A DNA stretch of 64,000 nt, from contig NC_058381.1 of assembly GCF_018350175.1 (NCBI RefSeq), positions 56,854,001 to 56,918,000 of the forward strand. Reading direction: 5' to 3'. The notes below the pieces were generated by a model. The model searched no databases, was not told the DNA's origin, and saw only the letters and a program-made list of their open reading frames with translations. Source of the stretch: Felis catus. Lineage: Eukaryota. The position numbers and the translations under genes were made by a program. Below are positions 28,705-38,600 of this stretch, piece by piece (position 1 is the stretch's first letter; every line of letters begins with the position of its first letter).

Positions 28705-30790
28705 GTACAAGTGCCCCTGAGGTTTCCAAGAATCCCATGTTCAGATCTAAGTCTATGTGCTGGTTACTGGCTTTTGTTTGATATTTTAAAATCAGATGAT
28801 TTGGCCCGCTTGTAAGTTCTATGAGCTAAGAACGCTTTTTACACTTTAAGTTGTGTAAAAAAAAGAACGTATACCAGAGACCACAGGAGACCCACCAAGA
28901 CTAAAATATTTATCATCTGGCCCGTTAGAGTTTGCCGACCCTTACCCGACCCTTACTCTAAGTGAAGCCCATTGATTAGTTTCAGTTTTAGACTCTTGGT
29001 ATGGAAGCAATCCCTAAGGCCCTCTTTCCAGGGTGTCCCAACTGGGTCATTTGGGGTCTACTGTGACATGTGCGGTTTCTCAAAAAACAGCCCTTTCCAT
29101 TTTTGGAAATCTTGAGTGTCCTCTACTTTTCCTGATCACTTCACTCGAGACCACTGACGGCTTAGAGAAAAAAACTTTTGTCAAGTTTGCACACAGTACA
29201 ATGCTTAAACTCTAAGGCTGAAGACAAATCCAAAACTTGTAACCCCTCTGAACTTTTGCAGAACCACGTAAATGAATGGTGTGAAGGCACTTGGCATGCT
29301 GTAGCTGGCAATTTGTAGACATTCAGATTGAGAATCTCCCCACCCGTCCTTAAAACTGGAAAATGGGAAACTTGTGCTTCAACCAAATAGACACTAAAGG
29401 CATTCCTTAGTTATTCCTTAGTATGCTTAAGACTTCAGCACTTTGAAGTCCCAACTGGAAAATCCCCTTTAGTATGAACCCCGTTGAAGATCTGTCGGGC
29501 TAGAGCCACATAAAAGAGGTTACAATTGGTAGTAACAGCCAGAATGGCTGTATGCATGCAAGTCACCCATCAAGCTTCTGGAGACCCAGTGTCCCATATA
29601 ATTGGGAGCTCTTTTATGGACTGTGAGAGAACTAAATGCCGCTAGTGTCCAAACTGCCTGGGGCATATTCAGCAATAAACTGCCAGAGATGCCCATGGGA
29701 ATTTGGAAGCAATATTGTCAGTTGCAGAATTTAGGGCCCTGTATGGGACTTAACCTTTCAATCCAATTGAGAGACACCACTTGATTTCTACAAACCCAAA
29801 AACCTAAGCTTCACATACAAAGGCAATGTCTAATTATGGCACACTGTGCATACATGAGCTCAAGAATATACTTAACTCCCTGACCCTGTACTCAGGGAAA
29901 CTAAAACCCCAAATTCCCTGCGATGCTAAGGAAAACTTTGAAATGTGATCTTTTATATTCATCAGATTGGGGCCGGAGTGAGCCTTCCAGGAATCGTGGC
30001 TGCAAAATGTGGCGCCGAGGTAATACTGTCCGACAGTTCAGAGCTGCCTCACTGCCTAGAAATGTGCCGTCAGAGCCGGGAAATGAACAACCTGCCACGG
30101 GTGCGTGTTGTAGGACTAACGTGGGGCCACGTATGTCCGGATCTCCTGGCTCTGCCACCACAAGACATCATTCTTGCATCTGATGTGTTCTTTGAACCAG
30201 AAGGTAAACGTTTTTTTGCGCTTCAGTCATAAATTTGGCTGAAGGTGATTTAAGTTCTTTTAAGGAAAGTCCTTTCTTCCCAGACTTTGAAGACATCTTA
30301 ACTACAGTGTACTTTTTGATGCAAAAGAACCCCAAGGTCCAACTGTGGTCTACTTACCAGGTAAGAAGGTAAGCCTGCGTAATCCTGGGTTTTACTCTAA
30401 ATTGTACTCTAGGTTAAAGATTGAATTGGATTCCCCGTGCGGGTCACGATCTCCCGGGGCCCATGAGATCGAGCCCCACGTTCCGGTCCTGCTTGGATTC
30501 GCTCTCCTTCTGCCCCTCCCCTGCTCATACTCTGTCTCAAACAAAAACCTTTAAAAATACATATATCTAAAGCAAAACAGGAAAAGCAGAATTTCAAAAA
30601 AACAATTTATTTCTTTTTCAGTGCTGACTGGTCACTTGAAGCTTTGCTCTACAAGTGGGATATGAAATGTGTCCACATTCCTCTGGAGTCTTTTGGTGCA
30701 GACAAGGAAGATATAGCAGAATCTGCCCTCCCAGGAAGACATACTGTTGAAATGCTGGTCATCTCCTTTGCAAAAAAGGACAGTCTCTGA
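28621..30790 (+). CDS. METTL23: METTL23 methyltransferase, spliced CDS from AUG: join 28621-28704, 29966-30203, 30284-30368, 30622-30790 = 576 nt, 191 aa
   Basis: MYVWPCAVVLAQYLW...VLE|IGAGVSLPG (SAM motif I)...DIILASDVFF...FAKKDSL*; GT-AG introns in phase. Confidence 0.96.
28790..28941 (+). mobile_element. MER58B-like fragment
   Basis: CTAAAATATTTATCATCTGGCCC...GTTTGCCGACCC terminus. Confidence 0.6.
29966..30203 (+). CDS. METTL23: METTL23 exon 3 (238 nt)
   Basis: IGAGVSLPGIVAAKCGAEVILSD...DVFFEPE; CAG acceptor, GTAAAC donor. Confidence 0.95.
30284..30368 (+). CDS. METTL23: METTL23 exon 4 (85 nt)
   Basis: FEDILTTVYFLMQKNPKVQLWSTYQVR; donor AAG|GTAAGC preserves frame. Confidence 0.9.
30440..30560 (+). 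mobile_element. CAN-SINE fragment in METTL23 intron 4
   Basis: GATCGAGCCCCACG...CTGCCCCTCCCCTGCTCA body. Confidence 0.65.
30622..30790 (+). CDS. METTL23: METTL23 exon 5 coding part
   Basis: ADWSLEALLYKWDMKCVHIPLESFG...FAKKDSL*; TGA 30788-30790. Confidence 0.94.
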
Positions 30791-30990
30791 ATCATACCTA
30801 CATACAGGCTGTTCTGGGGCAATGTCAACACTGATTTGCAACCTATCGTGCCAATTAGAACTCAGACCCTTTTAGCTTCTTGGGAGTGAGTACAAGCACT
30901 GGATTTGAAGATGGTCAGATCTGTCGGCCTTAAAAGATTGTGGTGGGTCACCTGGACAACACTCGTGGGTTACAAAGCCATGAAAACAAA

Positions 30991-31044
30991 AATAAACACA
31001 CCTGTAAGAGAAAGGACTTGGACTGTTCTTTAAAAATCAATAAA
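30991..31044 (+). terminator. METTL23 polyadenylation signals
   Basis: AATAAA at 30991-30996 and 31039-31044, 200-250 nt after the stop. Confidence 0.65.
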
Positions 31045-31294
31045 AATACGACATAAATTAGACTATGACAGAAGGGGGTAACCCACAACCTCCACAAAGT
31101 GCTACCTTAGAGCATGGATTTTAAGGGGGAGCGGGTGCTGAAACGGGGTTTCCACTTTTTAACTTAGGGGAAAAAAAGGTCAAGCACTAAACATTTCGCT
31201 TTCATACTATAACAGTCAGTAACAATTCACAAGATAATTGCACAGGTCTTTCAAATAAATGGGGAAAAAAAGACCAAGACATATTCTGAGAAAA

Positions 31295-32341
31295 GCTAAC
31301 ACCAAGAAAACGTTTTAATTAAACTACAGAAACAACGGTTATAGTACAGAATATCCATGAGCAAAAAGATACACCATGTCATAAGTACTTACAAAGTTAC
31401 AAACCATTTGCTTCCTTAACATTTTCCGCATTTTAAGTTCATACATGAAGATGATCCGATTTACCATTTTGGGGGGANNNNNNNNNNNNNNNNNNNNNNN
31501 NNNNNNNNNNNNNNNNNNNNNNNNNNNNNNNNNNNNNNNNNNNNNNNNNNNNNNNNNNNNNNNNNNNNNNNNNNNNNNNNNNNNNNNNNNNNNNNNNNNN
31601 NNNNNNNNNNNNNNNNNNNNNNNNNNNNNNNNNNNNNNNNNNNNNNNNNNNNNNNNNNNNNNNNNNNNNNNNNNNNNNNNNNNNNNNNNNNNNNNNNNNN
31701 NNNNNNNNNNNNNNNNNNNNNNNNNNNNNNNNNNNNNNNNNNNNNNNNNNNNNNNNNNNNNNNNNNNNNNNNNNNNNNNNNNNNNNNNNNNNNNNNNNNN
31801 NNNNNNNNNNNNNNNNNNNNNNNNNNNNNNNNNNNNNNNNNTCAGATCACCACTTAGATCTGAAGGTAAATAACATATACAAACAAACTGACACCAANNN
31901 NNNNNNNNNNNNNNNNNNNNNNNNNNNNNNNNNNNNNNNNNNNNNNNNNNNNNNNNNNNNNNNNNNNNNNNNNNNNNNNNNNNNNNNNNNNNNNNNNNNN
32001 NNNNNNNNNNNNNNNNNNNNNNNNNNNNNNNNNNNNNNNNNNNNNNNNNNNNNNNNNNNNNNNNNNNNNNNNNNNNTTACCTCAAATATCCAAGCCAATA
32101 ATGAAATCTGAAGTCGTTCACCTCACTAAATTACAAGAAATTTGAATAACAGCAACAAAATGGCACATAAAATGAAGTTTGCCACCTGAGGCAAAGCTTT
32201 AAAACAAGTAAAAAGTTAGACAAAATGTTACAAAATAACCTTTTCAATAGCCAGTTGCTTGTTCCAAGGACTCTTCGATGGACTGAGTGTGTGGTCCTCT
32301 TCCCCCAAGTCTTCCTTTAGTTACGCTGCTCGTGGCCACAT
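31295..32341 (-). other. SRSF2: SRSF2 terminal 3' UTR exon with an internal donor at 32081/32080
   Basis: Acceptor CTTTTTTCTTTTCAAACCTAG|ATG at 32343-32341; GAG|GTAA donor at 32080; ATTAAA at 31319-31314. Confidence 0.75.
31314..31319 (-). terminator. SRSF2 polyadenylation signal (ATTAAA)
   Basis: ATTAAA on - followed by GU/U-rich sequence. Confidence 0.6.
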
Positions 32342-33440
32342 CTAGGTTTGAAAAGAAAAAAGTTCAGTTTACCTTCCATCGCTAGGAAGTTACCCAAAGT
32401 GCACATGGTTTCAGTTTCAGGCATGTACTGACTAAGGCTCTGGTGAAACAAGTAGGTTACGGAAAGGTTCCACCCAGCCATTATCAGTTTTTTTAAAGAA
32501 AGGCCCAATTGGGAAATTTTCACAAAGACTAACCATCCGCTTTTACAAATTTGTGTTTATGCAATCTTGGCCAAATAACCAAGGTGAGAAATAAGGGAGG
32601 GAAAAAGAAAGAAAAAGGAGGGGGAAGGGGGAAAAAAAAGGAAGAGAGAGGGGGAATAAAAAAAACAAAAAACAAAAAACAAAACAAAAAAAAAGGACCG
32701 TATCCAAACCAAAACTTGAAATCAGACAGTCTATTTTACGATAAATGTTTAGCTTTCAAATGAAACGTTTGGCAATTGAGAATAAAGGCTTTAAATATCT
32801 CGAGCTACTTAGGGCCCTTTCCTTTTAAAAAATAGGACCAAACAATTTAAGAGTTAAAGACACACTATCCTTTCCCCACCCAGCGCGATACCTGTAAACT
32901 TTTTTGGGGTTCCAAAAGTTCATTGCTCCGCTTTGCAATTCGTTTGCCACATCCGTTAGAATATGAAGTCCCAGTCAGTACAACAATAGTTGAACTGATT
33001 GTTTGCTCTAAGAGGATAGNNNNNNNNNNNNNNNNNNNNNNNNNNNNNNNNNNNNNNNNNNNNNNNNNNNNNNNNNNNNNNNNNNNNNNNNNNNNNNNNN
33101 NNNNNNNNNNNNNNNNNNNNNNNNNNNNNNNNNNNNNNNNNNNNNNNNNNNNNNNNNNNNNNNNNNNNNNNNNNNNNNNNNNNNNNNNNNNNNNNNNNNN
33201 NNNNNNNNNNNNNNNNNNNNNNNNNNNNNNNNNNNNNNNTTATTATCTAAGCTCCACGCACATCCTCTCTGCAGACCCCTCTCGTCAGAATTACTCCCAA
33301 AGCCGAGTTAGCTCACAGCCGCGCTCCCGACGTCGGGAGTCGCTTTCCTACCAACACGGATCATAAACGGCTACCGCAAACCCCATCTCTGCGCTCGGGT
33401 GGTGCGTGCGCCGCGGACGCCCACGGACATTACCATTTGC

Positions 33441-33744
33441 TTAAGAGGACACCGCTCCTTCCTCCTCGGGAGACTTGGGGGGGCTCTTGGAGCGCGACCT
33501 GGACTTGGACTCCCTCTTGGACACGGGCGGAGGACTCCGGGACCGGGACCGGGACCGGGAGCGCGAACGGGACCTGGACACCGACGACGACTTGGACTTG
33601 GATCTTCGCGCCGACCTGGACTTGGAGGTGGACCGCGACCTCGAGCGGGTGCGGGACCGGGACTTGGAGCGGCTGTAGCGGGAGCGACTGCGGGACCGGG
33701 AGCGACTCCGACTCCGGGAGCGGCTGCGGCGGCGCCGCCGAGGG
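33441..33744 (-). CDS. SRSF2: SRSF2 exon 2 coding part (RS domain)
   Basis: RS dipeptide repeats; TAA 33443-33441; donor ATG|GTAATG 7 nt after the stop. Confidence 0.95.
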
Positions 33745-34324
33745 CTGCGGGCGGGCGGGCGGGGCGTCAGGGCGGCCGGCGGGGCCTCGGGCCGCGCGCC
33801 CCGCCCGCCCCGGCCGCCATTACCGCGCCGCCCGCCCGCCCGGACGCCATTTCCCCGCCGCGGCCGCCCGCGCGCCCGCCCGCCCGCCGCCACGTGTCCC
33901 GCGGACCTTTGTGACCCCGCCCGCCGCCGCCCCCCCCCCCAGCCCTCCCCCGGCCCGCTCACCTGCGGCTCCGGCGCCCGTAGCCGCCGCCCCCGTACCG
34001 GCGGGGCGGCGGGCCCCGGCGGCTGTGGTGCGAGTCCGGGGGGCGGCCGTAGCGCGCCATCTGCACCCGCAGCTCGCGGCCGTCCAGCACGGCCCCGTCC
34101 ATGGCGTCCATGGCGTCCTCGGCGTCGCGCTTGNNNNNNNNNNNNNNNNNNNNNNNNNNNNNNNNNNNNNNNNNNNNNNNNNNNNNNNNNNNNNNNNNNN
34201 NNNNNNNNNNNNNNNNNNNNNNNNNNNNNNNNNNNNNNNNNNNNNNNNNNNNNNNNNNNNNNNNNNNNNNNNNNNNNNNNNNNNNNNNNNNNNNNNNATC
34301 GGGAGGCGGGCGACCGTAACTCAT
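33441..34324 (-). CDS. SRSF2: SRSF2 (SC35) splicing factor: join 33963-34324, 33441-33744 = 666 nt, 221 aa; 34134-34297 is N
   Basis: MSYGRPPD...[37 protein letters not shown] (RRM end) plus RS domain ending [10 protein letters not shown]; donor CAG|GTGAGC, acceptor CCGCAG. Confidence 0.97.
33963..34324 (-). CDS. SRSF2: SRSF2 coding exon 1 (362 nt, RRM partly masked)
   Basis: ATG 34324-34322; frame preserved across the N-run. Confidence 0.93.
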
Positions 34325-35555
34325 GGCCCTGGAGAGTCGGCCGGGGGCCGCGACTGCGCGCCGACAAACGAGCGGGCCCGCGCGCGCGGCGGAGACGGCG
34401 GTTTCCTCGGACTAGCCCGGCTCGACGCCGCGCCGCGCCTCTGGCAGTCGGCTCCCGCGTGGGGACGCTGGGAGAGGCCGGACGGGGCGACGCGAGCGAG
34501 ACACCCACGGAGCCGACTCCACCAGAGAAACAACTGGGCGGGCAGTCGGCCCCAGCGCCCGTTTATAGCCCTCCTCACAAAATGGCGCCCGCGCCACCCG
34601 GAAATGAATCCCCTGATTGGCTCGCCCCGCCCCGCCCCGCCGCGCCGCGGCTACGCGCCCCGCCCCTGTCCGGCGCGCCTGCGCAGAGCCCGGCGGGCGG
34701 GCCGAAAAGCGCGGAGTCACTGTTGCTGGGAGGGGGAGCGGAATTGGCGAGCGGTTGGAAAGCCCGCGAAACGCTCTTTCCGGCAGCGAGGCCGGACGGG
34801 CGCTCTCCCGCAGTTGGGGCAGGAAGCGCTCCCCTTCTAGGCTCCGCCTCCTTTTCATGCCCGTATCCGAGCGCCGCGCAGCTTTTCTGCTCCGGCCCCC
34901 GCGGAACGTTCTCGCCTCTCTCGGAGAGGGGGGACTCTCGCCCCCCCCCCCCGCTTGCCCCGCTGTCTCCAGCCTTCTCAGACCCGGCCCCGTAGCCCTT
35001 CGGGCTCCCTCCCGCAGTTCCCGACTCCTCCGCCGGGTTCCGCTTTGTAGCCCCTCCTCCGCTGGGGCGCGCGGACTCGGCCCCGCTCCCCTCCCGGCGC
35101 GCCCTACCCGTCTCGGGGCGAGCCGGACTACATTTCCCAGCGGGCCGAGCGGCCGGCGCCGAGGCTGCGGTCAGGTGACCGGGTCGCGTGGCCCGAGGTG
35201 AGTCAGGGCCGGGCGGGCGGGGCCGCGCCGGCCGCTGCACCTCGGCCGTGGCCCCCTAATCCCCCTCGCGGGCCCCTCAACCTGGAGCAGCGACGTTATT
35301 GGCGCTTCTCCGAGTGTTGGGCTCGTCCATACTCGGATCGGACTCTAGGAATGTCCTGATTGCCCGTGGGGACAACTTCACCCTCGGCCGGGAATTCTGA
35401 TCCGAGAACTGAAGTTGACAGCTCGGCAGCCTTGCTCCTGGATCTGTCCGCTGTTCTCACCGCCTCATTTCCTTCCCCAGGATCGTCAGTGGGTTCGCCC
35501 CGAGGAGAGCCGACCGCCCTGGGCCGCTGCTGACCTCTGGCAGAGTTGAGCCAAA

Positions 35556-35651
35556 ATGTCCCCGGAGTCCAAAAAGCTTTTCAACATTATTATTTTAGGA
35601 ATTGCCTTTATGTTTATGTTCACCGCCTTTCAAACTTGTGGAAATGTGGCG
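35556..35651 (+). CDS. MFSD11: MFSD11 coding exon 1 (exon begins 35481)
   Basis: ccaaaATGt; GCG|GTGAGT donor; acceptor CCCCAG ending 35480. Confidence 0.95.
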
Positions 35652-38600
35652 GTGAGTCGGGATCTGTTCTCCCTCCTTTGAAGTGCCTACCATAAACGCG
35701 TTCCAAAGATGATGATAAACGTTAATTACATCGGACAGCGCGCTTAAACGGCACCTTTTATTTTTCTGCCCTACCCTTCCTCGTTTTTATGCTTGAGTTT
35801 AATTTGATGTGTCAGACATTTCTTGCTAATAATAGGGTATCGGGACGGGGTGTTAAACAGTATGGTCTTCCTCTGATCTGACTTGGGGTCTGTATGTGTT
35901 GACCTGTTATTTCTTGTCTGTATTAAGGTTTGCATTAGTACGGGGAGAATACTTGGTACTACTACCGGTACTAGTACTAAGGCATAGTTACAGCTGCTCT
36001 CTGCCCCCTTCCCTGCCATCGGTTTGCCTTTTCCTGTCTTGCAGTCTTTTTCATCTCTCATAGTTGACTTTCCGGATTCAGGCATGGTGCATCCCGCATT
36101 TTATTTTACGGAGTACTTCGTTCTCAGTTCTTGGAGACAAAGTTTGGTGGGGATGGGGAGGGAGACTGCAAAGTGTTCTCATTGATTAGCTTTATCTTCC
36201 ACACAGCAAACTGTCATCAGGAGCTTAAATAGCACAGATTTTCACGGCAGTGGATACACCAGGTACCGTACCGTGCGATCGGCTATATTTCATATACTAC
36301 GGCAGTTACCTGAATCTTAGAATCTCCGGCAGTAACGTTGTGATTGAACCGGTAGTGATTGCTTTTTCTCTGCCCCTGGGCTGTTTGGGAGAAGATAATA
36401 GGATAAAGGTGATGAGTCTAGGTTTCACGTAGAATTTCGTACTAGGTCTGAGATCCTGGTTTCATGACTTAATCACTGCCTTATGTTAGGCAAGTTACTT
36501 CTGTCTGTGAGCCCAATCTCCTTGCTCAGATGACGCGTGTAAAGCTCTTGGCACAGTGCCTGGCACTTAATAAACACTCAAGTGTTGTCGTTAATTATGT
36601 CTTCTCAGTCCTAAACGGAGGATGTTTTATACGACTCTTGAAACATTTGGTCCTCCTGTTTTTGTAATTTCATAATGATTAACATGCTGCCATCAGGAGC
36701 TTTTAGATTTCTGTTAAGGTGTTTAGTCTCGATTTTACAAAAAAATGAAAAGACGTTCATTGTGATCCAAGCGGGGAATGTAACGCATATGTGGATATAA
36801 ACACATACGGGTTTCTTAATTTCTCTGTAGTTAACTCTAAGGTGATGACCAACACCCCCTTCCCCCATAACTCTTATTATTTGGTTCTTTATTATCTATC
36901 CTAAACGGATCTTCCGTATGATATTTGAGACTAAAGCAATGTTAATATCCATTTTTCTCAGTGGTTAATAATACCCTAGTTTTTTTTTGTAGCGCTCTGT
37001 CTTCGTGTACATTCCAAAGAACGCTTGCTGTTTGAGGTTCATGGAAGCCAAAGAGTGATTTACTTTGGGTTTATGAATAGAGGCTAGTAAATGAGTTGAG
37101 GACCCTCAAAATGGTTTCAGTCGCACTTTGCTGCAAGACACACGTACTAGGGCCGGGTCTCCGGTAGCTGAATGATGTTCAGGGGAGGCCGTTAGATTGA
37201 GTTAAATAAGTTCCAGTTTAAGCAAGTGATAACTCGGTGCTTGTTACTTATATAACAGCGAAATTTTATGCTGTTGCCAGGAGTTGTAAGCTAAGTGTGT
37301 AGGGCAGGCTGTTGACTAGGGCTTCTGGAATGAGCTTACCAGGGATGGCGTCTTGGCTCCAACCATTCACCAGCTATCCAGCTGGACTTTTGGCAAGTAA
37401 CTTAACCCCCTTGTGTTCCGGTCTTCTTTTCTGGGTAATGATAATACTGTCTTCACAGAACTGTCAGGTTTAATAAAGAAAACATGGAAAACACTTGGCA
37501 CGCTGCTAGCTTTTATTACAATTTACCAGGGCCTTAAAAACTACTGTCCAGGGCAAGCTGATTCCAAGAGAAATTTGATGAGACTCCCAAGATTTTGCAT
37601 AAGTGAAAACTGTGTTATGAGATGCAGCTTAATGAGAGAATTATTATTAACTCTAAAGAAATGAATGCTTATGTAAAAAAAAAAAAAAAACAAACCCATA
37701 CACTTTAAGTAGATTTGAAAAAGTGCACTTTTGAGACCGCGATTCAAGGGTTTTGTTTTTTCCTTTTATGTGTTATGTGCACAGCATGGCAATTATTTAT
37801 GGAGTGTTCTCAGCTTCAAATTTGATTACACCATCAGTGGTTGCCATTGTAGGACCTCAGCTCTCTATGTTTGCAAGTGGTTTATTTTACAGGTGAGTAG
37901 TATGATTTTCTTTCATATCACCCAAACACCTTCAGCACCTTTCAAACACGCAGGAAATATTTGACAAGAATGTGCCAAATTGGGGGCGCCTGACTGGCTC
38001 AGTCGGTGGACGTGCGACTCTTGATCTCGGGGTTGTGAGTTCAGGCCCTGCTCTGGGTGTAGAGATTACTTAAATTAAAAAAAAAAAAAAGATCTTAAAA
38101 AAAAAAAAATCTGCCCACTTGGATTACATAGAATACAAGCAGTATTTTAGGGATTTGGTTCTCTCCTTGATGCCCTGGGATACCATGTTGTTTAAATGTC
38201 CTGGGACATGTGCGTATTTCCTTTTGTTTTACTATTAATAAAAATAGTATCCCAAACTCTCTTTCTGTGAAAGAGATCTCGTTCAGATGAAAGAACTAAG
38301 CTTTTTTTCTGGGTTGCAGAACTACAGTCCCAGCATGCGCTGAGCAATTGGCAGAGGCCGATTGCAAACCTTCGTTCAAGTGTCTGATCTTACAAACTTG
38401 AAACAGTAAATTAAGAATGAGTAGGTCACGGGGCGCCTGGGTGGCTCAGTTGGTTGTGTCTGACTTCGGCTTGGGTCATGATCTCACGGTTCGTGGGTTC
38501 TAGCCCCACATCGGGCTCTGTGCTGACAGCTCAGAGCCTGGAGCCTGCTTCAGAGTCTGTGTCTCCCTCTCTCTCTCTCTGCCCTTCCCCTGCTCACGTT

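Larger units (their letters stand above)
33300..35560. promoter_or_regulatory. CpG island, bidirectional SRSF2/MFSD11 promoter
   Basis: For SRSF2 (-): TATAAA 34567-34562, YY1 AAAATGGCG 34579-34587, ETS CCGGAA near 34598, CCAAT 34620-34616, GC boxes. ZNF143/THAP11-type ACTACATTTCCCAG 35127-35140. MFSD11 5'UTR donor GAG|GTGAGT after 35197. Confidence 0.88.

Noticed and set aside
33745-33962. Possible miR-636 orthologue in SRSF2 intron 1
   Set aside because: Annotated at this position in human, but I cannot recognise a matching hairpin or mature sequence here
34040-34042. SRSF2 Pro95 hotspot codon
   Set aside because: Reads CCC (Pro), wild type
33437-34840. 467-aa + strand ORF and other long ORFs over the three CpG islands
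   Set aside because: Antisense or alternative-frame shadows of extremely GC-rich sequence (few stop codons), partly bridged by Ns; no recognisable domain
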